The position numbers were made by a program, and so were the translations under genes. A DNA stretch of 32,000 nt from Candidatus Saccharimonadota bacterium. GTDB lineage: Archaea; Micrarchaeota; Micrarchaeia; Micrarchaeales; Micrarchaeaceae. The notes under the pieces are model-generated. The model made no database searches. It saw only the letters and a list, made by a program, of their open reading frames with translations, and was not told the DNA's origin. Below are positions 16,735-25,119 of the stretch, one piece after another (the first letter of the stretch is position 1; each line of letters starts with the position of its first letter). The stretch spans positions 60,001-92,000 of the forward strand of contig NZ_CP019964.1 of NCBI RefSeq assembly GCF_002214165.1, read 5' to 3'.

Positions 16735-17019
16735 CTAAATCTTGACCCAAGAGACACGACGCAGGAATGCAGCAGCTGTCATTATATAAAGAGAGGGGAG
16801 GAGAAGTTGACTCTCAAGGACAGAATATACTGCTGCAACATCTGCGGACTGGAAATGGACAGAGACATAAACGCATCGATAAACATACTCAATAGAGCTA
16901 CCCTCGGACAGAGGGGAAGTCACACTCAGGGAGAAAATGTAAGACCTCAACAGGAGGCAGTCTTCGAGGAACTGAGAACCGATAAAACACATCCTTTGTT
17001 GGATGCAGTGATTGCATGA
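16735..17019 (+). pseudogene. tnpB: TnpB C-terminal fragment (zinc finger plus RuvC-III only)
   Basis: LDPRDTTQECSSCHYIKRGEEKLTLKDRIYCCNICGLEMDRDINASINILNRATLGQRGS...ELRTDKTHPLLDAVIA aligns with residues of about 320-413 of the intact TnpB. The upstream part of track ORF 16432..17019 is AT-rich, low-complexity and non-homologous. Confidence 0.8.
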
Positions 17020-17082
17020 CGCAGAGGAAGTCCACACCGTTTACGGGTGGGAGGATGTCACAGATATAGAAGGTCCAAAGAT
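16898..17082 (+). ncRNA. Orphan omega-RNA/right-end module of the decayed IS copy (scaffold to 17062, putative guide 17063..17082)
   Basis: It is colinear with 2146..2320. The hairpin at 17032..17050 keeps its pairing through a compensatory change. Similarity ends at 17062. Confidence 0.45.
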
Positions 17083-17363
17083 CATACCTGCGTTGGTGTT
17101 ATCGGAGGAATTATGAAATATAATTATAGCAGGAATAACTACAAATCTTCAAATGGTGTGGTACGCATATTTACATAGGAACAAGCAACCAGGACAGTGT
17201 AATAAAACTTAACTATATACTTACAATTACGGATTATGCGATAATGAAAACGGTTTTTAAATTAAGCCCCAAGAAGAAACACCTTGTTTTTGAAGGATTA
17301 GCCAAAAAGCTAGGGCTTCTGAAAATTTAGGTAGCATAAATTATGCAGTATTTTATTGCCTTG

Positions 17364-17825
17364 TCAGACATCAATTACTATATCTGCTTTGTAAACTCCA
17401 TCTGCAAACTTTAGTGACATGTTGTACTTGGATACTCCCTTGACCTCTATGTATGAGTACTTGTCCTGCTTTTTCACAGCATCAAGCTCCACTCTTACAT
17501 TATCCTTGGTTTTTCCATTATGCATTTCAATGGAAGACACCCTGAATATGAAAAGGCCCCTGTAATCAGCTATAGAAAGCGCGTCTTGAAGAACATACCA
17601 CAATAAATCGAGATAAGAGCCCTTTTCAGATCTCTCTGTCAGTTTTATGTGGTAGACCTTTATGGAATCCCATTTTCTTGCATCTGCATTGATCCTTCTA
17701 GTATTTGCTATTGTATTGGCCATTGCCAGTATAGAATTGCCCAACACCTTTTCAAAGCTTCTCCCATAAGCTAGGAATTCCACATCCGCAGTGTGCGATT
17801 GGTACTCAAATTTTTTAAACCTCAT
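17364..17825 (-). CDS. Archease
   Basis: MRFKKFEYQSHTADVEFLAYGRSFEKVL has the HTAD motif near the N-terminus. The size is about 150 aa. The likely start is ATG 17825. Confidence 0.75.
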   Translation of the reverse strand: MRFKKFEYQSHTADVEFLAYGRSFEKVLGNSILAMANTIANTRRINADARKWDSIKVYHIKLTERSEKGSYLDLLWYVLQDALSIADYRGLFIFRVSSIEMHNGKTKDNVRVELDAVKKQDKYSYIEVKGVSKYNMSLKFADGVYKADIVIDV

Positions 17826-17982
17826 AAAAACCCTTTTGCAAACGAAATAACAATTGCTGATTTCATTAACATATAATCTAACAATCAAAATGTATATATT
17901 TTATAATCCTAAATAATATAAGTCCTATGAAGAAAAGAGTAACTGCTGAATTGTGATGATACCCATATCGGCTGAGGACTAA

Positions 17983-19560
17983 GTGTTGGAAATGAAAAGC
18001 GATATTGACTACAAAACGAACAAATTATTTGGGATTATAGTCCTACTCATCTCATTTTTAATCATAGAACTGAGCTCAATAATATCAACATCTTTTGTGA
18101 TATCGGATACAAACCAAGCAAGCTACATAATAGTAGTAATGCTTATGCTTCCCCTAACGATCCTGTTCAGCATTAAAGAAGACATACACATAAGCAGGAA
18201 ATGGTATGATTATGCAATAGGGATTGCGGTATTCATCCTGTATTTGACTGTATTTGCTTATGCCAGAGCCGCAATGTCATTTGGGTTTATGTCATATAGA
18301 ATAGACGCACTGCTCCTGCCTTTAGTAATTATATCACTTACTTCTATAATATTCGGCTCTAAGAACATAAAAAAGTTCAAGTTTGTAATAATATACTCTC
18401 TTTTTGCATCCCCTGTCCTGCTGCTCCCTCTTTTAAAAGAGAATCTGGCGTTTACGTATCTTAATGCATCCTTGATATTCTCTGGAATAAAGTTATTCGA
18501 CCCAAATCTGGTAAGAGTCGGGCTTGTCATAACTTCACCTCTAGGATATCAAATATCAATCGCATCAACATGTGCGGATATAGGAGCTTTCGTATCTATT
18601 ATGATGTTTATGCTGCCCTTAGGTTATCTTTACAATGGCAAGCTGTCTCACAGAGCCTTGTGGATAGTGGTCTCGGTCGTGTTCCTCCTACTTCTTAATT
18701 TTTTCAGGATGTTTCTAATATCTTTGATTTGGATATACTATGGATTGAGTGCAGCGATATTAACTTTGCACTTGTTCTTCGGAGAACTAATATTTGACAT
18801 AGTTATAATAGTCATGATACTTGTGGCGTCAAAGTTTGGGATGAGCATACCAAAGTTGAATAATAACAAATCCAAAACAAATTTCCAGAATCTAAAGAAT
18901 TCTTTGATTAGAAGCGGATACATGGTTATTGTAATTGCTTTAATCTCTATAATTGGCATTTTCTTGTCTTATCCGATAACATCTTCAGTACAGCACAATC
19001 CAATCTCATTTGCAAGTGCTGTGCCAAACATGTCCGAAGTCCAGTTTATGCAGCCCTTGGAGGCGTCAAATATGACCATACTATACGTAGGCCAGGTTAA
19101 CGGGTCTGCAGGAAGCGAGCCATTGGAAATTTTCACAATGACAAACAAGACATTTTCCAATAACTCCCTAATAAATGCGTTATCCTATGACGAAGCAGGC
19201 TTATCTGTTCCGACAATCCTCAAACTCGGAAATACAAAAACCATCAAAAGCAGCAGTGTTATTCTGAACAACGGAATCACTCTTCACTATGCTAAGGAGG
19301 TATCAAACGGTACAGTTTTTTACTCAAATCTCCTGTCAATACCATATAAGATCAGTGAAGAAAACCAGAGCAGATACGTCACTATAAACTACCTGTTAGC
19401 AACCACAAAAAACTTTACAAGTTGCAATATCGATTTACCAATACAAAACAGGTTTGACTCATTAATATACAACACCATAAATGGCAATAGCAATAAGGGA
19501 AGATATATTTGTGCGGCTTATAAAATAATAGATGGTGCAGGCAATGGAACATATGGATGA
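17983..19560 (+). CDS. Exosortase/archaeosortase-family membrane protein with an extra TM and a roughly 200-aa sequon-rich C-terminal ectodomain
   Basis: It has about 8 TM helices. The family triad pattern is ISIASTC(197)ADIGAF, LLLN-FF-R(242)MFLI and TLH(263)LFFGELIF, with Cys-Arg spacing of about 45. TM9 and an extracellular domain follow. Confidence 0.55.
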   Translation: MLEMKSDIDYKTNKLFGIIVLLISFLIIELSSIISTSFVISDTNQASYIIVVMLMLPLTILFSIKEDIHISRKWYDYAIGIAVFILYLTVFAYARAAMSFGFMSYRIDALLLPLVIISLTSIIFGSKNIKKFKFVIIYSLFASPVLLLPLLKENLAFTYLNASLIFSGIKLFDPNLVRVGLVITSPLGYQISIASTCADIGAFVSIMMFMLPLGYLYNGKLSHRALWIVVSVVFLLLLNFFRMFLISLIWIYYGLSAAILTLHLFFGELIFDIVIIVMILVASKFGMSIPKLNNNKSKTNFQNLKNSLIRSGYMVIVIALISIIGIFLSYPITSSVQHNPISFASAVPNMSEVQFMQPLEASNMTILYVGQVNGSAGSEPLEIFTMTNKTFSNNSLINALSYDEAGLSVPTILKLGNTKTIKSSSVILNNGITLHYAKEVSNGTVFYSNLLSIPYKISEENQSRYVTINYLLATTKNFTSCNIDLPIQNRFDSLIYNTINGNSNKGRYICAAYKIIDGAGNGTYG

Positions 19561-19975
19561 TGGAGGCATAATAATATATAAGTGCATTAGTGGATCCCCG
19601 GTATTTTTATTCTTAAGGCGTGCAGAAGGATGGCTCGATATGCCTAAGGGCCATATAGAGAAGGGAGAAACAGAGATGCAAGCTTCAATAAGAGAGACCT
19701 TTGAAGAGACTGGGATAAAGGTGGAATCCATGGATCCTGACTTTAGTTACATAGACACGTACACTTTTGCGAATGGCAACTCTGAAATAAAAAAATCTGT
19801 CATGTTCTTTATGTCTAAAGTTAATCCTGCCATTGAGGTTAAAATTTCCAAAGAGCATGTAGGATATGAATGGCTTGGCTACAAGGAGGCATTGGAGAAA
19901 ATAGAATTCAAGGACGAAGCAGAAACAATAAGGATAGCATATGACTACATAATCAATAAGAGAGCATGCAGGTAG
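19532..19975 (+). CDS. NUDIX hydrolase
   Basis: Nudix box GHIEKGETEMQASIRETFEETGI. Alternative starts are ATG 19544 and 19553. It overlaps the preceding gene's end. Confidence 0.8.
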   Translation: MVQAMEHMDDGGIIIYKCISGSPVFLFLRRAEGWLDMPKGHIEKGETEMQASIRETFEETGIKVESMDPDFSYIDTYTFANGNSEIKKSVMFFMSKVNPAIEVKISKEHVGYEWLGYKEALEKIEFKDEAETIRIAYDYIINKRACR

Positions 19976-20042
19976 GTTATCTGCATAACCATTATCCCAA
20001 TGCTTAAATAGTTACTATTCCATTAACAAGTGGTATGGTAAT

Positions 20043-21278
20043 ATGGTAAGACTGCTTGTTTTAGGGGGAAGGTTTGCAGGTTTGACTGCTGCATATACCG
20101 CAAAGAGGCTGCTTGGAGACAGTATAGATGTAACATTGATAAATGATACTCCGTATTCTGCCTTTAGGCCAAACATGCTGCACGTGGGTATAGGAATTGC
20201 AAAGGCAGAAGATTACGAAGTTGACTTGAATTCTGCATTAACCGCAAAAGGGATAAACTTCATATTGGGAAGGGTAACCGGAGTAGATGCCAAGAGCAAT
20301 AAGGTAAGCTATTCAACAAAAGATACGGAGGACGAAGCAATAGAATATGACTACCTAGTATTTGCGCTCGGGGCAAAACTCGGAATAGAACATATCAAAG
20401 GATGGAATGAATATGGTGCAAGCGCATGCGAGCCAGAATTGGCAAAAGCTCTATATGCAAGGTTGGAAAAATTTGAAGGCGGCAATATAGCCATAGGATC
20501 GGGATTATTTTACCAAGGAACATTGACACCCAGAGGCAACTATCCAAAGAATTGGTCAACCAAGATAGATTCAGCATGTGAAGGACCGGTATTTGAACTG
20601 TCACTGATGATACCTCCATTCCTTAAGAAAAAGGGTGTTTTGGATAAAACACACATAACAATTTTCTCTCCTGGTGAAGAGATACTCACAGATATATCAA
20701 AGGAATCTAGGAACATAGTAAAAACAATGTACTCAAACCAAGGATTCGACATGGTCTGGAATTTCAAGATAAAAGAGATAGATAAGGACAAAATCATAAG
20801 CGATGACGGAAAGGAGATAAAAGCGGACTTGGCAATAATACTTCCACCTTATGAGGCAAACGATGTAGTCAAGAATTCGACCTCGGACTTGTTTGACGAT
20901 GGTGGATTCATGGTGACAGACGAGCATATGAGGTCCCTAAATTATCCAAATGTATACTCCTGTGGCGATTCAAACCAGATGACTGTTCCAAAGCTTGGAG
21001 CACTTGCAACGCAAACTGCAAGGATAGCAATGCAGGATCTGGCCAACAGGCTTGGAGTGCCAACAAAGATAGATTCGTATGCACCTGATATCATATGCAT
21101 AGCAGACAACCCATTGGAGAATACAGCGATATCAATCGATGACACAACACTCTATGGGGGGGATAAGAGCATAGTGCAGGCATCTCCTGCAAATCATATA
21201 AAGAAAGAGCTTTTCGCTAAGTATTTTATGTGGACCAATGGGGATATGGTTCTTGATAAATATCTAGGAAGTGGGTGA
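20043..21278 (+). CDS. Sulfide:quinone oxidoreductase-like FAD-dependent pyridine nucleotide-disulfide oxidoreductase
   Basis: The N-terminal dinucleotide fold is RLLVLGGRFAGLTAAYTAKRL. Also present are DYLVFALGA, SACEGPVFE, VYSCGDS and a conserved Cys in DIICIAD. It is paired with a DUF1641 gene. Confidence 0.6.
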   Translation: MVRLLVLGGRFAGLTAAYTAKRLLGDSIDVTLINDTPYSAFRPNMLHVGIGIAKAEDYEVDLNSALTAKGINFILGRVTGVDAKSNKVSYSTKDTEDEAIEYDYLVFALGAKLGIEHIKGWNEYGASACEPELAKALYARLEKFEGGNIAIGSGLFYQGTLTPRGNYPKNWSTKIDSACEGPVFELSLMIPPFLKKKGVLDKTHITIFSPGEEILTDISKESRNIVKTMYSNQGFDMVWNFKIKEIDKDKIISDDGKEIKADLAIILPPYEANDVVKNSTSDLFDDGGFMVTDEHMRSLNYPNVYSCGDSNQMTVPKLGALATQTARIAMQDLANRLGVPTKIDSYAPDIICIADNPLENTAISIDDTTLYGGDKSIVQASPANHIKKELFAKYFMWTNGDMVLDKYLGSG

Positions 21279-21284
21279 GCTATA

Positions 21285-21935
21285 ATGTTGAAAAATAATC
21301 CTGTAAATTCTGAAAACTCTTTTGATCCTGAATATGCACCTAGCATTACCAAAGCTCTCAAGATGATAAAGAAGCTTGACGATCTTGGAATGCTTGACTA
21401 TATGAGCGAAGTATTAGACACTGAAGACACCATGGAATCAATATCTACTTTAATCAAGAGTGACGAAGCAGTAGCATTAAGGGCTAAAGCGGACCAGCTA
21501 AGGCCGCTGGTTGGAATTATCGCGGATAAAGACACCATGAGCGCAATTGCAAATCTCGCAACAATACTTTCAGCTTTGCAGAAAGTAGGCTTACTGGATC
21601 CAGTAATAGGGATGCTAAAAGACGACGAGGTCATAAATGCGGTTATGGGGCTTATATCAAACGACTTCACAATGAACCTTATAGCAAATGCAAAACCCAT
21701 TCTAAATTCATTAAGTAAATTAGACTTAAGCGCGATTCCAAAATACCTAGATGTGCTAAGCTCCGCTCTAACCTATATGGAAAACGGCACAATCCCTCCG
21801 GTAAAAGGTTTGACCGGTATGTTACATGAACTGGGAGATAAGGATACACAAAAAGGTTTGGGTATTGTGTTCTACCTGCTGAAAAGCTTAGGCAGTGCTA
21901 ACAGCACTACCCAAAAAGCAGATGACAAGAGTTGA
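21285..21935 (+). CDS. DUF1641-domain protein
   Basis: It has repeated helical LGMLD/VGLLD segments and a C-terminal LLKSLG-type motif. Its position just downstream of an SQR/NDH-II-like flavoprotein is the usual context for DUF1641. Confidence 0.5.
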   Translation: MLKNNPVNSENSFDPEYAPSITKALKMIKKLDDLGMLDYMSEVLDTEDTMESISTLIKSDEAVALRAKADQLRPLVGIIADKDTMSAIANLATILSALQKVGLLDPVIGMLKDDEVINAVMGLISNDFTMNLIANAKPILNSLSKLDLSAIPKYLDVLSSALTYMENGTIPPVKGLTGMLHELGDKDTQKGLGIVFYLLKSLGSANSTTQKADDKS

Positions 21936-21957
21936 TCCGCTGTATGTAGTTTGTAAG

Positions 21958-21985
21958 GTTCCACGTTAAAAATACTACGTGGAAC
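21958..21985. terminator. Hairpin GTTCCACGT-(10 nt)-ACGTGGAAC downstream of the DUF1641 gene
   Basis: Perfect 9-bp stem, 22 nt after the stop codon. The function is inferred from position only. Confidence 0.35.
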
Positions 21986-22254
21986 TAAGAACTTGTACAA
22001 TAAATTTAAATACCTAAGTTTAAATAATATTATTCAGTTATAAATAAGGTTTTGAGGATTGGACTCGAAAATTGATTAGATGTGATATTGTGGAAAAGGG
22101 TAACATGTTTGCCGTAAAATCTTGGTCTTCCATGTTTAGCGGTAGCCCTGACAGATACCACACAGCTATTCTTTGCATTAACACAGTCAATAAGTCATAC
22201 ATCCTCCATCTGCCTGCATAAATTATTAATTTTTTGGTGGTTTATGTGAGGCGG

Positions 22255-22611
22255 ATGGTATCTAGTTTAGAGTTTGATAAGGAGGTTTTAGTCGTACAAC
22301 CGTCTAAACTTCCTGAAAAAGAGCAATTGACTATAATAGAGATAGGTCTGGATGATATAGACAGTGCTTCAAGCTTCGTATCTTACTTAAGCGAGATGTA
22401 TGGATTTCCAAAAAGCTCTATGTGGTATGACTTAAGGCGCTTAAAGGAGAAGGGGCTAGTGGATTTTGCGGCAAAAGGCGAAAAAGGGAAAGCGCTCCGT
22501 TTGACCGAAAAAGGCATTCAGATATACAAAGGGTTCAGTGCAGAAAAAATGAAAATAATAAACAAATTCGCCAGCAAATTCATTGACGAAGACAGTTATT
22601 CTGAATACTGA
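22255..22611 (+). CDS. Winged helix-turn-helix transcriptional regulator (MarR/TrmB-like fold)
   Basis: SYLSEMYGFPKSSMWYDLRRLKEKGLVDF...ALRLTEKG has the wHTH recognition helix plus wing pattern. The likely start is ATG 22255. Confidence 0.55.
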   Translation: MVSSLEFDKEVLVVQPSKLPEKEQLTIIEIGLDDIDSASSFVSYLSEMYGFPKSSMWYDLRRLKEKGLVDFAAKGEKGKALRLTEKGIQIYKGFSAEKMKIINKFASKFIDEDSYSEY

Positions 22612-22647
22612 TGACAGATAACCTCAAGCTTGGATATGGTGTGGTGT

Positions 22648-22670
22648 GCCAGCAGCATTATGCTGCTGGC
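22648..22670. terminator. Perfect 10-bp hairpin GCCAGCAGCA-TTA-TGCTGCTGGC between convergent genes
   Basis: The loop TTA is the complement of the ogt stop codon. The 3' arm encodes the last ogt codons (..KPAA). Confidence 0.4.
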
Positions 22671-22990
22671 TTGCCTATATAGCCCTCTTCTTTCAAAATT
22701 CTCCTTTTGGCATCAGTGCCTCCGTTGCTGTATTCCCCCAACTTTCCATCTGCCCTTATTACCCTGTGGCAAGGTATTAATATAGGAAGAGGGTTTTCCT
22801 TCAATGCGGTGCCAACTGCCCTATAAGAATTAGGATGGCCTATTGCAACGGCTACTTCCTTATAAGACATTGTTTTACCTTTAGGTATGGTACACACAAA
22901 CAAGAGAACTCGCTTTTGGAAATCTGTCAATCCATATTTACCGAGCATCCGCTTTATCCTATCACTTCCTTTACAATCTGAACTTGCCAT
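22658..22990 (-). CDS. ogt: Methylated-DNA--protein-cysteine methyltransferase, single-domain (C-terminal DNA-binding/active-site domain only)
   Basis: Active-site IPCHRVIRADGKLGEYSNG, preceded by the helix-turn-helix GKTMSYKEVAVAIGHPNSYRAVGTAL. Confidence 0.8.
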   Translation of the reverse strand: MASSDCKGSDRIKRMLGKYGLTDFQKRVLLFVCTIPKGKTMSYKEVAVAIGHPNSYRAVGTALKENPLPILIPCHRVIRADGKLGEYSNGGTDAKRRILKEEGYIGKPAA

Positions 22991-23042
22991 AAATAATCAC
23001 AAAACCACTATAAATTTAGCTGTCCTATTATTATTGATTACC

Positions 23043-23954
23043 ATGGAAAAGAACTTGAAAGTTTGGCTAGATGGTGAAATCAGGGATTATGAAGATTGCA
23101 AAGTGCCAATACTTACCCATTCATTGCAGTATGGCACTGGAATATTTGAGGGGATAAGAGCATACTTGTCGGAAGACAAAGGCTCATATATATTCAGGCT
23201 GGATGACCATGTAAAAAGATTCTTAAACAGTATGATGATTTATTCAATAAAGCAGCCTTATGGAGCAAAGGAATTAACCGAAGCGATAATTAGCACAGTG
23301 CGTGCGAACAATCCTTCCACTGACATGTATGTGCGCCCATTCGCCTTTTACAACGACGATTCCATAGGCATATCCGTAAAGGGGAAGAAAGTCAGTGTAT
23401 TTGTCGCTGCAATTCCTTTTGGCGCCTACTTCAAAGGCGTATCCGAAGGCATAAGATGCAAGGTATCTTCATGGGAGAGAATAAACTCATCAATACTTCC
23501 GGTACAGGCCAAGGCCAGCGGCAATTACATAAATTCAACCCTGGCAAGCACGGAGGCAGATTCGGTAGGGTTTGATGAAGCAATAATGCTTTCCAAAGGC
23601 TATGTAGCTGAGGGTCCTGGCGAAAACATATTCCTTGTTAAGGGCAACAGGCTTATAACACCGGCGGTATCAGAAAGCATACTGCTCGGTATAACAAGGG
23701 ACTCTATACTGCATTTTGCAGGAGATCTTGGCTACGAAGTTGAGGAACGCAGGATAAGCAGAGAAGAGCTTTACTCGGCGGATGAGATTTTCTTTGCAGG
23801 GACCGCAGCAGAGATAACTCCTATAATACAGGTGGACAGCATAAAGATAGGGTCAGGAAAAGTAGGCGATGTCACAACCTCTATATCAAAATACTATCAG
23901 GATATAACTAGGGGAAGGAATAAGGAATACCTTAAATGGCTCACCAAAGCATGA
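23043..23954 (+). CDS. ilvE: Branched-chain amino acid aminotransferase (fold type IV PLP)
   Basis: LHYG-type motif SLQYGTGIFEGIRAY, plus KASGNYINSTLA, EGPGENIFLV and GITRDSIL. The start is ATG 23043; the track ORF extension overlaps ogt antisense. Confidence 0.85.
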   Translation: MEKNLKVWLDGEIRDYEDCKVPILTHSLQYGTGIFEGIRAYLSEDKGSYIFRLDDHVKRFLNSMMIYSIKQPYGAKELTEAIISTVRANNPSTDMYVRPFAFYNDDSIGISVKGKKVSVFVAAIPFGAYFKGVSEGIRCKVSSWERINSSILPVQAKASGNYINSTLASTEADSVGFDEAIMLSKGYVAEGPGENIFLVKGNRLITPAVSESILLGITRDSILHFAGDLGYEVEERRISREELYSADEIFFAGTAAEITPIIQVDSIKIGSGKVGDVTTSISKYYQDITRGRNKEYLKWLTKA

Positions 23955-23990
23955 ACGAACAGCCCAATTAAACAAGATTGTATCCAAATC

Positions 23991-23998
23991 AAAAAAAA
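23991..23998 (-). terminator. Oligo-T tract (T8 on the minus strand) just after the pth2 stop
   Basis: A8 on the plus strand lies 5 nt beyond the minus-strand stop at 24003. Archaeal termination commonly uses oligo-T. Confidence 0.45.
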
Positions 23999-24002
23999 CA
24001 AA

Positions 24003-24365
24003 TCAGAGCAGCTTGAGCCTTCCTGTAATGACATCCAGGTCCTTGCTATACCAAGGGCCTATCCCAAGCGCTGTCTTGCTGTTTGGCGGAACTTCAGTCA
24101 ATCCCGCATCATGGACAAGTGCGCATGGTATCCTCTTGAACTTGAACGCTTCATACAACTTAATAAGTGAGGTTTCATCATTCACTTTAAGGACTATCTT
24201 TTTCTCTCCTTCATCAAGCCACTCTTTCGCTATCTTATCATCTTGCCTAACGGCCTCAAAATAACTCATAAGCGAAGCATGTGCCGCCTGTGCAGCTATT
24301 TTGCCTTTGCTCATATTAAAATCTGATCTTATTATTATAACCTGTTTTATCTCATTTCCGTTCAT
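24003..24365 (-). CDS. pth2: Peptidyl-tRNA hydrolase, archaeal Pth2 type
   Basis: QVIIIRSDFNMSKGKIAAQAAHASL...KIVLKV..L.....A......ALVHDAGLTEVPPNSKTALGIGP matches the family. Confidence 0.85.
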   Translation of the reverse strand: MNGNEIKQVIIIRSDFNMSKGKIAAQAAHASLMSYFEAVRQDDKIAKEWLDEGEKKIVLKVNDETSLIKLYEAFKFKRIPCALVHDAGLTEVPPNSKTALGIGPWYSKDLDVITGRLKLL

Positions 24366-24584
24366 TTTTAATTACCCCTGCATATGCATAACCCCAAAAC
24401 CATAAACTCCGCTGCAATATAAAGAGAATTGCCTGATTCTTATAATAAATAATGCAAGCACAATTATATACTTTTATCCTGTGGCTGTCCTTAATCAAAA
24501 GTCATTATTACATGGCTGCCTTGAATAAACTGGTCAATACAATAATTTAAATATCTGAAAAATGAAAGGTAATTGAAATAAAAG

Positions 24585-24794
24585 ATGATATATATGTTAG
24601 AATGCAGTATATGCCATACAAAAATATTTTTATGCGATTTATGCCAAAGGGACTTCCATGAGTTCAGCCAAGTGTACTGTTATGAAGGCGGGCACTATTG
24701 CAGCTTGGAATGTGTCAAAAACGTATCAGGACTTCCTTTGGAGCAGGTCCAACAGAACATTATGATATCAACGGCGCAAAAAGCCTTTGACTAA
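24585..24794 (+). CDS. Small cysteine-rich zinc-binding protein (TRASH/zf-FCS-like C-x2-C-x18-C-x3-C)
   Basis: CSIC..CDLCQRDFHEFSQVYCYEGGHYCSLEC. No closer family was recognised. Coding status rests on the ORF and the motif only. Confidence 0.4.
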   Translation: MIYMLECSICHTKIFLCDLCQRDFHEFSQVYCYEGGHYCSLECVKNVSGLPLEQVQQNIMISTAQKAFD

Positions 24795-24804
24795 TAAGCA
24801 CAAG

Positions 24805-24879
24805 CGGACCCGGTGGGATTTGGACCCACGACTTAGAGGTTAAAAGCCTCCCACTCTGGCCAAGCTGAGTTACGGGTCC
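24805..24879 (-). tRNA. tRNA-Lys (TTT)
   Basis: Reverse complement: GGACCCG TA ACTC AGCTTGGCCA GAGT G GGAGG CTTTTAA CCTCT AAGTC GTGGG TCCAAAT CCCAC CGGGTCC G. Confidence 0.85.
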
Positions 24880-25119
24880 ATAGAGAGGTATATTGCAATT
24901 GAATATATGGTATTCAATTAACTTATTTTATAGGCGTAATTTAGGATATTTTAAATCCAACATCTAAGCCTAGAAATGTTATATAACCTTATTCTTAACA
25001 TAACTATAAATTCTTTTCGTTGACACATCGCTTTTCCAAACTATTTTTCTAAAATAAATTCAAACAATTGCTTGCCATAGCCGAATTAACCTATAAAAAT
25101 TTATTATTTCATAATTGCA

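Noticed and set aside
16432-17019. 195-aa ORF that could be taken for an intact gene downstream of tRNA-Asn
   Set aside because: Only the last roughly 95 residues are homologous to TnpB (zinc finger plus RuvC-III). The N-terminal half is low-complexity translation of AT-rich DNA, with no RuvC-I/II. It is treated as a pseudogene fragment.
22609-22614. TGATGA (C-box-like) right at the wHTH gene stop; considered as a C/D box sRNA given the fibrillarin gene
   Set aside because: No CTGA D box and no C'/D' motifs lie at suitable spacing downstream. The hexamer is explained by the stop codon context.
24897-24919. 9-bp inverted repeat AATTGAATA-TATGG-TATTCAATT between tRNA-Lys and tRNA-Cys
   Set aside because: It is an AT-only stem in an AT-rich promoter region. 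It is plausibly a chance or promoter-associated palindrome, and there is nothing to tie it to a function.
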